A stretch of DNA of 51,247 nt from Chromera velia. Its lineage: Eukaryota. Position 1 is the stretch's first letter; each line of letters opens with the position of its first letter. A program made the translations under genes and the position numbers. The DNA lies in assembly GCA_018398765.1 (NCBI GenBank), contig JAHBMJ010000283.1, positions 1 through 51,247 on the forward strand, written 5' to 3'. Under the pieces are notes generated by a model. That model was not told where the DNA came from. It saw only the letters and a list, made by a program, of their open reading frames with translations, and did not search any database. Below are positions 12,386 through 23,519 of the stretch, one piece after another.

Positions 12386-13636
12386 GGGAAGTGAGAGAAC
12401 AATTGACTAGACAATTAAACAACGAGAGAACCAAATGATCAACAGAAAGAATAACAAATTGAGTGAAAGGAGAGATGAACGACTGAAACAAGCGGAACAG
12501 ACAGACAAAGAAAGCAAAAGGACAGAAAAAACAGACAACAACGTGCAAGTGGAAGGAACAAGTACAAAGCTAGGTGCAAAGACAGAAGGTAGTTGCAGAA
12601 CGAATAAGAAAAAGAGGGGGAAACGAGGAAGAAAAGCAAGACCAGAACGAAGGAGGTGGAAGGTTCGGAACAAGGGCTGGGAGAGAAGTTTGGAGTCAGA
12701 CGGGGAGAGGATACTGCCTTTTACATTCATGATTAGGAAGGCGGACATACCGGTGGATGTCCAACTCGATGGCATGATCGAACTACTCCCAACGACAACA
12801 GAATACAGTTCAGACGCAGAAGTGCTTGAGGGGTGCGAGCGCCTAAAATATAGCCTGCATGTGCTATCTCGCACAGGTTCGAAAAGCATGGACTTGACAA
12901 AAGGAGAGAGAACTGAAGAAAAGAAGTGGGAACAAGGGAAAACAGTGAATAACAGAAGCAAATCGGTCTCTGCAAGCGTGCAGGGAGAGGGGGTGAAGGA
13001 GAAATATGAAGATTGCCGCAGTGAAATCTAAACTGCCTTGTAGACGAAGGCAGACGCGTCTACAGAAGAAGACACAGTTGGTACAGAAGGACAGGACAAG
13101 GGGGAGGAGCATAGCCTAGAGAATGGCATTGCCCTATTGAAGAGCAGTGACCAGCGCTCGGGTCAGGAGGTGATTGCGGGTGACCGCTATTTTGCCCCGA
13201 GCTCTGGAGAGAGACAGGGGAAGGCAGAAAAGGGGAACAGCATAGCGAACATTCAAGTATAATGAGGAAGGGGGGTTGAAGGAAAAAGGCAAAAAGAGGA
13301 AAGAGGAGAGAGAGAAAGCAAGAGCCTCTTCGACCGGATCAGTCAGAAGCTTGAAAGCAAAGAACCAAGGTCAAAGAAGATTTCACTGACTCAAGAGCCT
13401 ACAGATAGACAAAGACTCAAATGGGGACTGAGGAGGAGTTAGATAGACAGACAGACAGACAGAGAGAGAGAGAGAGACTAACAGACATACAAATAAATAT
13501 ATTACAAGTTAACATGGTATTGAGATGACAGGATTCCTCTCTGAAAGGACATTGTTCTTCGCTCATAAACATATAAAGTCCTGCATACAGAGACAGAAAC
13601 AAGAGAAGAAATCAGATGTCGTCGGGACAGGGGGTG

Positions 13637-13995
13637 TGTGAGAAGTTCGGCCCTGTGGGGTCCGATATCTCAATGTCCCGCCGCCGTCTGACTGACTGAT
13701 TGACCAAAGTATGGGAGAACGCGTGCATGCAGAGTGAAATCAAAAGAATCAAGCCAGGTGCATTACGTCCTCAACCAGATAAGTCTCAAATGCAGATCGA
13801 TCAAAGTATATGCATGCATTTAATTGAATCAGACAGGAAAAGTCTGATCAATCAAAGTACAGAAGTACAAAATGATGAAGAACAGACAGAATCTCCAAAG
13901 TAGGAACAACCAACTCCTATGTGAAGCTGACTCCTTCATATAATCTCGCGTCTCTAGCCTAGAACTGTGAGTATACACCATCAAACTTTTCGGTG
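13637..13995 (+). repeat. 3' LTR
   Basis: Starts TGTGAGAAG immediately after the polypurine tract; about 91% identical to the 5' LTR. Confidence 0.9.
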
Positions 13996-14843
13996 TCTCG
14001 CTGCGTCACGCATAGCCGTGAGACGGCCTAAAAATATTTATCTCCATTTTTGTGAGCAACGAAATTTAGAGGGCACTGACTCCATTTCTATACGATCAAA
14101 ATGGAGAAGGCCGGAACGGGTCGTCCGTTCAACCCGGTCTGCCACTAACTTGTCTAAAAACTCACCTGCACGTCCTTAGACTTCCGAATATTCCCAAAAA
14201 TTGCTTTTACCTTCCCACCCACAGCCTTAGAGCGATCTATGATCGTTCATTTCCCTCCTCGAGACCTTGGGCTCCCACTTACACCTGATCGGCAGACTTA
14301 GCGCTGTCCGCTGAGGTTGCTCGCGGTGGTGGGTCGCTACAGTCTCTTTGGGGGGTCGCGATCCAACCCGACTCCTATAGAGCCCGAACCTCTCATGCAC
14401 ACGGGGAGGTACGGCTATAGGGTCGGGTCACGTGGTATCGCCTGCGCCTAAAACGGCTCCTAGGCCGCGATCCACTACGTACGGGGCGGCATGCTCCCGC
14501 GAGAGATCCGCGGGTCAAAATTCGACATAAATTCGACAGTTCCAAGCAACCACGAGCACACGCGTGCAGTCAGCGGTTACTAGCTTTATATGGTAGGGAA
14601 GCAGTACGAGGAAATTCTCATTGTCTGAAGGCGATTCTGTTTTCTGGCCGGGAACCAGCTCTACGAAGCAGTTCACGTTGTACAGCCTGTGAGAACACAC
14701 TTTTCCGCCGATTTTTGATTCTGCCTCAAAAGAATTTCCTCTCGAGGTCACCGCTCGTCGAGCTGTTTGGAAGTTGGACGAGGAACTCATTTGGTCTCCA
14801 GCTGATTGGGGGAGGCCAAAAGATCTTTTGTGCAGCATCAGGC

Positions 14844-15890
14844 ATGCTGCGTTTCCCCGTGTTGATTTTTTTCTTGAGCTGTTGTGCAGAGTGCCGTCTC
14901 CTTCAACAAACCTCTGCTTCATCTCACTCTGCTCCTGTTGTTTTCTCTCCCCGACTTGCCTTCACTTCGTTACCTTCTCTCTCAAGCTCTTCACCTTCTT
15001 TTCTCGCTTTCATCGGAAAGCCCGTGTCTCCTGAGACCTTTCTTCGTTCGTCCCGTTCCGGCCCGTCTCCGTCTCCTTCTGTTTTGGGAGCGAAGCTGAC
15101 AAAGATCGAGAGGAAGTACCTGGCAGCTGCGGGAAAGCTGAGGACTGACCGTTTGAAGGGAAGCTACTTCTCTCCTGCTTCTCTGTACCCAGACAAAATC
15201 GGAACCGTGGAGTCTCCTCCAGTCAGGCCCACAGATCGAATAGGGAGACGGGGGAAGCAGAGGAGTGCAAACTGGAGGGAAAAACTGGGACCACCAGACG
15301 AGTCCTCTGTTTCCATAAGAGGGAGACAGAGCAAAGGGAGAAGTACAGCTTGGAGAGAAAGATTGGGACCACCAGAAGGGTCCTCTCTGCCGTCAGAATT
15401 CTATTTTAAAGAGCAAAGTGGAAATTTCAACCGGGCTAGGACGACCGCTAAGATGATCAAACCTCTGATGACATTTGAGCAGAAGACGAACCTGAAGGAG
15501 CCTCTCTTGTGGGTAGACCTGGAGATGACAGGACTAAACCTGAACAGGGACCAGATCATTGAAGTGGCTGCGATACTTACAAACGGAGACCTCACCGAAA
15601 TGGTGGAGGTGGGTAACTCTCCCCTGTCCCTCGTGCTCTCGTCCCCTTCCTTCCTTCCTCCCTCCCTCCCTTCCGTCCGTCCGCCCGTCCATCCATCCAT
15701 CCTTCCTTCCTCCCTCCCTTCCGTCCGTCCGCCCATCCATCCATCCTTCCATCGTTCCATCCTTCCCTTTCCTCCTTCCTCCCTCCCTCCCNNNNNNNNN
15801 NNNNNNNNNNNNNNNNNNNNNNNNNNNNNNNNCCCCCTGTCTCTCTCTCTCTTTCTTTCTCTTTCTCTCCCTGTCCCTGTCCCTGCCTCC

Positions 15891-15937
<47 letters not shown>

Positions 15938-16434
15938 TCTTCTATGCACAAACAGATGCACACAGAGGAGGCCTGTCACCAGCGGAACAACTGAAAGGCT
16001 GTGTGTGATGTCTGTTGGACTTTCAATTTGCCTCGCAGCGACTTGCGTGCTTGACACAAAAAGGATTTCATTGGAAGTGCACCCCCTGTCCTTCCGTCTC
16101 GTGTTCCTTCCGCCTTGCCTGAGGGCTAAGTCTCCAGCCTGCCTGGCTGCCTGGTCTTTTCCCTCACCTTCATGCTTTTTTTTCTTTTTCTCATGGACAT
16201 GCCCTCCCAACCCACATCCTCCCGCTCACACACACATATGATTGCAACCCCACTCCCCCTCCCCCAGGGCCCCAACGAGATCATCAAAGCCCCCGACGCT
16301 CTTCTAGACAATCTGGATGAGTGGTGCGAGAAGACTTTCACAGAGAGCGGCCTGAAGGAACAGTGCAGAGCGAGCAAGGTGAGTGAAGGGAGTTATACAT
16401 GTGCAGTCCGTGTGCCCGTGGATATCTCTGATTG

Positions 16435-16472
<38 letters not shown>

Positions 16473-17057
16473 GGTCTGTCTGTCTGTCTGTCTGTCTGTC
16501 AGGAAAGAAAGCAGCATGAAAGAGATCCCTGCCTGGAAGGAGTAGGGACTCCTTCTTTCTTCGGTCTTTTCTTTTGCTTTCTGCCTGCATGCGCGCGTGT
16601 CATTCACAGTCAGTCTCTGTGTCTACCTGCCAGGGCTGCTTGAGACGTATATTCTTTCTTTCTTTCTTTCTTTCTGCTTCTTTTGCGATGCCTTTGCTCG
16701 GTTGCATGATTGTTTACCTTTCTGTTTGTTCGGTTCCTTCGCTTTGCTTAGGTCACCTTGAAAGAGGCAGAGGATCTGATGATTGACTTTTTGAAGAAGA
16801 ACGACGTCCATGAGAAGAAAGTGGTCCTCGCTGGCAATTCCGTGCACGTCGACCGCCAGTTCCTTCTGCAGCAAATGCCAAATCTAATGGCGCTGTTGCA
16901 CTACAGAATTGTTGACGTGAGCACAGTGAAGGAACTCGCAAAGCGATGGTACCCAGATGTCGCACCTCCTCAAAAGAAACTGAGCCACCGAGCGTTGGAT
17001 GACATTCGGGAAAGCATCGAGGAGCTGCGATTCTGGAGAAGCAGAATCTTTTCGTGA
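14844..17057 (+). CDS. orn: Oligoribonuclease (Orn/REXO2, DEDDh 3'-5' exonuclease) with bipartite plastid-type leader, 3 exons
   Basis: Exons 14844-15608, 16268-16378 and 16752-17057, all phase 0 GT-AG. Motifs LLWVDLEMTGL, IIEVAAILT, LAGNSVHVDRQFL, HYRIVDVSTVKELAKRWYP and HRALDDIRESIEEL. The N-terminus is a hydrophobic signal followed by a Ser/Pro/Phe-rich transit-like stretch. Confidence 0.92.
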
Positions 17058-17181
17058 GTTCCTCCATCTCTGAGTATTACCGAGCCACACTGGCATTCAT
17101 ATATGTATTATTACTGCAGCATAATTTAAGTGGACCCAATGTAGACGTAATCTAGGACGTAATGAACTTGACTTCTTCATA

Positions 17182-17849
17182 AAATTCGGAGACTAGTTCG
17201 GACACACCGTGATATGCATACCTTTCAGTATGGATTAGAAACTGTGGAAGACATAACATAATTTCGACATACTTAAATTAAATTGAAGTGATGATGATGA
17301 TTGAGGGTTAAATCCTAGATTTAGCGACGCCAAATCCCAAGCCACTAGCAAGGCTTTGAGGACAACCCAGAGCACACATTCATGGGGGGGGGGATAAGGA
17401 AGCCTGCATGCCAATCGGATCGATTCGCCCCAACTTGCCTTATCGACAGAATGGACCTTCTTGAAACAGTTGGCTATAGCTTTTGAACCGCTTCTAGGCA
17501 GAATTGTGCACAACAGTAACACCATATCCTTCATTTTTTTCTCATTATCAGAAGTGCCCCTCCCGGTTGCACCTGCAACGCGTTGTACGATCTGTATTCT
17601 TATGTCAATGGGCGCTTTCTGCTTCGCAATTTCGTACAGTTCTTTCAGCCTGTTCCGTTCCCTTTCTGTGTTCTTATATTCCGTGAGAACATGAACCTCA
17701 TCTTTGATCACATGGGAGGGAGACAAACATTTATCACACAAAATTCGGATACTAGTTCGGATACACCGTGATATGCATACCTTTCAGTATGGATTAGAAA
17801 CTGTAGAAGACATAACATAATTTCGACATACTTAAATTAAATTGAAGTG
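17182..17849 (-). mobile_element. Degenerate 5'-truncated non-LTR (LINE) retrotransposon 3' end, bracketed by a ~108-bp direct repeat
   Basis: The minus strand reads LCDKCLSPSHVIKDEVHVLTEY...RNRL, similar to the LINE C-terminal CxxC..EDExH..C/Y..R motif, preceded by LIHTERY in another frame. It ends in AACCCTCAA(TCA)n at about 17290-17310. Near-identical repeats at 17182-17290 and 17741-17849. Confidence 0.65.
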
Positions 17850-18561
17850 GTTAAACACTGTGGTTTAGACTGGTGAGCCTCCGTTTAGTACTAAAATTAG
17901 TAGGCACTATTGTCGTACTCTAGGCTACACTAACTTGATAATGGGCATCAATTTTTGTCAGAGGAGTTATTTAGTAACAACCCCCCTGACACTCCAGTAA
18001 ACTTGAAACGCTGCGCCATACGTGCGGCCAGACTTGAAACGTCTGTGCCACAGGCGCGGTTTAACCGAAGGCGCTGCTAAAAATTAAAAACACATCTGAC
18101 TTAGACTGACTACAAAACCTATTTTTTCTAAGTTTGCTTGGACCTTTGACCACCAGACTTAAAAAAAAGAAAAAAAAAATCCTGACATGTCTATATATTC
18201 TTTTTTTTTTTTACCACTGTGCGTCGCCTAGGCGGACCCTATAGATTATAAGAGCGGATCACTAAGCGTAAGACATCAAAATCAAATAATAAAACATAAC
18301 ATCATTTTTTAAAGTTTTTTTTTTTAATATTTGATTTTGGTTTTTTATATTTTTGAAACCATCAAAATATAAGTCAAAACACTTATAGTAGTCAAGACAT
18401 AAATTTTAACTAAAGTTTACTACTAGGTTTACTAGGAAGTTTAACTAGCTTTATAAAGAGAATGATGATTAAAATTTGGTTTTTTATATAAAGATCCACA
18501 AGACAACTTATTTATAATTGTTTTTATTGAGAGCAAAGACAATGACCGTCAATGACAGCCT

Positions 18562-18830
18562 TTAGGCTTGCAGGGCAGAATGGGGCTCTAACACATCGTA
18601 ATGATCCCCCTCGACCTTCTGCTGCCAAAGCAAAAAAATCTCCTTCTTCATCTCTTTTTTATCCAAGACACAGAGTCTTCTGTACACATATGCTTCTTTT
18701 GCAAAGACGTGAATATGCACCTCTTTCATGAAGAAGAAACAAATCATCTTAACATACCCCCCCCATACACGTCCGGCCCCTATGCAATGAGGTGACCCTC
18801 AAGGGCACGAGCATATTTATCAATGTTGAG
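18562..18830 (-). pseudogene. OTU-like cysteine protease C-terminal fragment (frameshifted)
   Basis: The minus strand reads IDKYARALEG / GAGRVWGGYVKMICFFFMKEVHIHVF...EIFLLWQQKVEGDHYDVL, matching OTU WGGxxE...VxIxV...HYxxL. It has a frameshift, a stop in the upstream frame and K in place of the conserved E. Confidence 0.55.
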
Positions 18831-18919
18831 ACTCCGTCTACCAGTCTGAGACAAGCCTTCGTGGGACAGACAAAACTTTGTAATTTGTTTTTATCAAAAT
18901 TTATAAAATTGCTCTCATA

Positions 18920-19318
18920 TACCCCCAAGAGGCTAGTCAGTTTCAAAAATGATAAACTATCAAAGTCACGGCTTTGAAAGCCACGGCTTTTGCGGCTCTA
19001 ACCAACTTTGTATATAGAAAAAACAATCTTACATCGAGCATCATTATATAATAGTCAGTCCTAGTTAGCAATACTGCTACTGGTCGCAAAGGCCCGACCT
19101 TCAAATTATAGCCTTTAAAAAATCCGAGGTGTGTCAATTTATTAAGATCTAAGTTTAAAACTGAAAGAATCATGCAGAGGGTCACAGTTCTCATATCTAA
19201 ATATTCATAAAGCTACGATCACGAATCCGTTTCATTGTAATAAGCCAGTTGACACTGATTTGACAGCAGTTCTTCCACTTCATGTAGAAGGCGCCGTGAG
19301 AAACGAAGAGACATTCAT

Positions 19319-19355
<37 letters not shown>

Positions 19356-19384
19356 AACACACATACACACATATACACACACAT

Positions 19385-19445
<61 letters not shown>

Positions 19446-20272
19446 GATATATATACACACACATACACACACACACACATACACACACACATACACACAC
19501 ACATATACACACACATATTCACACACACATTCATACACACATTCACACACATACTCAAACATACACACACACAAACATACACACACACACACATACACAC
19601 ATACACACATATACACACACATACACAGACACACATACACACACATACACAGACACATACACACACACACACACACACACATACACACACACACATACAC
19701 ACATATACACACACATTCACATACACATTCATACACACATTCATAGACACACCTCATCGGTTCGCTATGGTTGGCTCCTTTGGTTATGGGCCCTGGGGTC
19801 AAATTCAACCACTACTTGTTGTTTAGTTCATTGCATACCCCTGCTGCGATTTGAGGTCATCACATGTATCACGTTTTGGCTGTCGTTCCTCAATTATGGG
19901 TCTGCAGTGAAGAGAATAACGACCTTGGTTCATCAGCCCCCTCCTATAGGAGTCGGGCAAGCTCCGCAGGAACGCTGGCTACCATCGCAAGGCAGTAAAG
20001 CTGCTGAGAGTGACCGGGAGGAGACGGCTCTGGCAACATCATGCACCCATGCATGCATAACATTTTCGTGCACGTCGGCTGCCAATCCGCGGCCTCTGCA
20101 GTAGGGCGCCTTCAGCGCGCCCATCGGCTTTTGTGGGTCCATGCCTTCGGCGCGAGCCGGCCTCTCCGGCAGGGCGTTTCGGCGCCCATCGGCTTTTACG
20201 GGCCCGTGCCTTCGGCGCGGTCTGGCTTTTGCGGCCCCTGAGCATCAAAGCCTGATCAGCCTCTTGGGGGTA
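18920..20272. mobile_element. 1353-bp non-autonomous TIR DNA transposon, hAT-like (8-bp TSD)
   Basis: TIRs TACCCCCAAGAGGCTAGTCAG (18920-18940) and CTGATCAGCCTCTTGGGGGTA (20252-20272). Perfect TSD CTCTCATA at 18912-18919 and 20273-20280. Subterminal CGGCTTT repeats at both ends; no transposase ORF. Confidence 0.9.
19316..19752. repeat. Long compound (CA)n/(TA)n/(CATACA)n microsatellite inside the DNA transposon
   Basis: Direct reading. Confidence 0.95.
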
Positions 20273-20835
20273 CTCTCATAAATCCTAAAACAAGTCATTT
20301 AAATTTTTGAAGACGTTTTTAGATGACCGGAAGGTCCTAGTAGCCACTTATAGGTTAAACTTAGCATTTTTGATTATTGTTTTCAATATCCTACGCCTAG
20401 GCGGATCACTTCATATGCTTAATTGGCATGTATTATAGTTAAACAGCACAATTTATATAAAAAGATGCATTAAATTAATCTTAAAGTGCAGGTCTAGGCG
20501 CAAACGGGGCAGCAAACCAGGGGGGTCCTGAAATGTCCTGCATTGTGCCAGTGCTTACTGCCAGATCTCCTCCCTTTACAATTTCTCAGTAGCATTTTTA
20601 TGCTTCACGCTATTCTTGCCACTCTCTGGCTTCATTGACCGATCTCATGACTTGCGGAGATCGATAGAGTGGCCCCCAACGTTGGAAAAACGACGCATCT
20701 ACTACTATAATCCTACTAAGCAGACATGTGCAGCCCTCACTGAATTGCAACTCCTCCAGTTCCAAGGTGGATCTCGTTTCAACAAAATTGGGACTCTCTC
20801 TGTGTGTCAGTCAGTCAGAACAGTATGTGGGAGGA

Positions 20836-20978
20836 TCACATTGGGCCCCCCTCTCCCTCCGCCGCCTTGGCCTTCTTCTTTCCCCTCGCAATGCGGGGTT
20901 TGGGGGAGTACCCAGGGTTGCAGAACTCCGGGACGGGGTACTCCGCCTCCCCCAGGGGGCCTGCCACATCCTGAAGTG

Positions 20979-21020
<42 letters not shown>

Positions 21021-23056
21021 AAGACAGACTATATTACTCCTTCTTTTTCTTTGTTCCTTTTGGTACAAAAATGAACAAGACAGAAACTTTTAGACAGTCA
21101 GAAAGGCAGACAGGGGGTGGAGGAGGGGAGGGAGTTGGTGGGTCATTGTGTAAATGGACGTCGCAATGTGGGAAAGAGTCTGGACAGGAAGGAACAAAGA
21201 GACGCCAGAGTATGAGCAAAGAAAACGAGAAACGGGTAGCAAGGAGCAAACGAACCTTTAAGGAAGCTGGGATCAGAGCGAGGAATTTATCGAGCAGCTC
21301 CAGAGACTCATCCAGATACCTGTAACATGTCGCCTGCATTTGACAATTCGAGTCCATAAGGAGCATTTCTGTTCACTCACTCACTCACTCACTCACTCAT
21401 TCACACACACGCAGACACAGACTGAAGAGAGAGGGGAGGGGAGAAGAAGAGACAAAGAGAGGATGTTTCTGATTTAGTTTGCGCTTGGCCATTCAGCAGA
21501 AGTTTGCCCCTCCTGATGTCCTGCAGTGGGGTCATCAAATAAGACATGTTCCTTCCATGCATCGTTAAGAACCAAAATCCCTCCTGAAAGCGCCTTTTCC
21601 GTCTGTGCTTGCGCTCCTCGCAGCTTTTGTCGCTCAAAGATAGCCTCTTCACTGCCCATTCTTTTCGTGATTCTGTGCTTTCTCCCCTCACAACTGCCCC
21701 ATTTCTGTTTCCGCGAGCCCATCTCCGGACTCGCACTATTCCTAGAAGACCGACCGACCTGATACTTTCGCATTGTCTCTATGTTCCCGCTGGCAGTGTC
21801 GAATGCAAAGATGGGCTGGTAAGCAGTGGAGTCCAGGAAGGTGAGTGCCAAGTTCTCTGCCGCAGCGATCTCAATCCCCTCTATCGAGTCCACCCCCTCC
21901 GCCTCTTCAGACACCTTCATCATATTGCGATAAATTGCATACCTGCATGCATGCATGCGGGATGAATAAAACTCTCTCCTCTCACGAGACTGTGACGCAA
22001 ACTGACTTGCAAAAGGGAGAACACATCTAAAGTGCTCGCACAGTCAATTTCCCAACCACTGAAGTAAATTCCGAGCTTTAAAAGTTCTGCTCAGGACTCA
22101 AACGTGCAATTCGTGCTTGATCAACTCTTTCATTTTCTGCATTTTCTTCGCGTCTGCGCCAACCCAGTCCAAACTCTTTGGCCGGCCTCGAAAGGAATGA
22201 CCTAGCTGCGTGACAGTAAGGGACCTGCTGACGGACCTCCGAGAACACCAGTTGACATTCGACCGCGCTCTGTCCCACAGTCCCTTGTCAACAAATTCCC
22301 GCACGTACAGAAGGACCTGCATGCATGTAGTTGGGGTTTGATCTCATATTTCTTGTATTTGATTCCATTGCACGAAGAGCGATTTGGCGAAAAGGTCCGC
22401 CTGCGCAGGAGGGCCGACTGGTCTGGGAGTGAGTGCTGTATGTTGTAAAAACATCAAATGGTAAACACACACAGGGCCCTGGAGAACGGAGGAGAGTTTG
22501 GAAGACAGAAGCAAAAGAAGGAATATCACACGCAGACAAACATCCGAACAGACACGCAGACGCAAACCCACCCACNGAAATTGCATCACGACCATCCTCC
22601 GAGTCTTGACACACTGCAACGTCACATTTCAAAACCACGCAGTCAAACCCACCCACCGACCGGTTTGCACTGCATGATCTGAGCCAGCGCATCCTCCACG
22701 GTCGCCCCCGGTCCCACCGGTCTGACTGCCGCAGCTTCTTTTGGAGTGGCAGACAGGGGCAGGGAAGAAGAGACACCAAGGGCCAAAACATTAAGAGAGG
22801 GGCGCACGATGCGATCGCTCAGGGTGGTCCGTCGGGAGATGGGGAGAGAAGGAGACGGCTCTGCTAGATCTTCGTTTTCTGCACGGCTCCCTAGAAGAGA
22901 AAAGGAGACGGCATGGTGCCCTCGAGACGGAGAACTCTCACAGTGAGGAATGAAAGGGGCGTAGTGTGGTGGTGAGAGCATGGAAGGGGAGAGGAAGGCG
23001 AGGGCCGGGCTCAGGCAGAGGCAAAACGCCGCCAGACTGAGCAAGTCGGAGCACAT
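20836..23056 (-). CDS. Uncharacterised plastid, probably thylakoid-lumen, helical protein; 5 exons, about 290 aa
   Basis: Exons 23056-22661, 22316-22237, 21942-21759, 21333-21256 and 20970-20836, all GT-AG and frame-consistent. Signal peptide ...SPALA|FL, Ser-rich transit, then SRR + hydrophobic stretch + AAA (Tat-like). Mature part VLLYVREFVDKGLWDRARSNV...YLDESLELLDKFLALIP. Confidence 0.75.
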
Positions 23057-23234
23057 CGTCTGACTCGTGCTCAGAGAAAAAAACAGCTTACTGAAAAAAA
23101 ACCGCCAGAGGACACCCTTATCTCATTACGGACACGGTCGCTGTGAATGCATGGTGTGTTACTGACTTCAGACATACTTTACTTCACACCTTTGAAGCCA
23201 ACTGGCCTTCTACTGCAGTTTAGTTCAGTGAGGA

Positions 23235-23435
23235 GACGGCAGAACCGCGGAATCGCGTGCGGACCCGGCCCCCGGCCCCGCGGGCCGCGCGCGGGATCGC
23301 GCCCCCCGGCCGGGCCGGCCCGGCGGTAAAAGCTCAGTTTAAAGCTGTCGACGATTGTCGACGACTCGACGCCGAGTCGACGGACGTCGGAACTGTTCAA
23401 CAGTTCAAGTCGATCCATGTTTGTCGACTCGATCT
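23235..23435. promoter_or_regulatory. Bidirectional promoter core: GC/CpG-rich tract followed by a GTCGAC/TCGA cluster
   Basis: About 90 bp of nearly pure G+C between divergent ATGs at 23056 and 23520. Similar cores occur upstream of most other genes in the window. Confidence 0.55.
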
Positions 23436-23519
23436 GAATGGGTAAAAGACTTGGCAGAAGCTTACAAGTTGACGAGTGCGTTTTGCTGTCCCTGACTAAC
23501 TTGGCCATTCATTCGCTCC

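Larger units (their letters stand above)
11235..13995 (+). mobile_element. Non-autonomous LTR retroelement (about 2.76 kb)
   Basis: Two 359-bp direct repeats (11235-11593 and 13637-13995) with about 31 mismatches by manual alignment. tRNA-complementary PBS at 11592-11620. Purine tract GGGACAGGGGG just before the 3' LTR. Flanking TCTC/TCTC (or ATCTC/GTCTC). The interior has broken ORFs and no recognisable RT or integrase motifs. Confidence 0.9.

Noticed and set aside
11094..14360. Possible outer TIR element around the LTR element (TACCCCCCCCAAAA ... TTTGGGGGGTC)
   Set aside because: The similarity is mostly a C/G homopolymer and no TSD was found.
19197..19826. Long ORFs rich in CV/HT dipeptides (also 27977-28550, 36224-36738, 15401-16210)
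   Set aside because: These are translation artefacts of microsatellites lacking stop codons.
17980..20526. ACCCCCCTG / CAGGGGGGT as TIRs of a larger element
   Set aside because: Only 9 bp of low complexity, with no flanking duplication.
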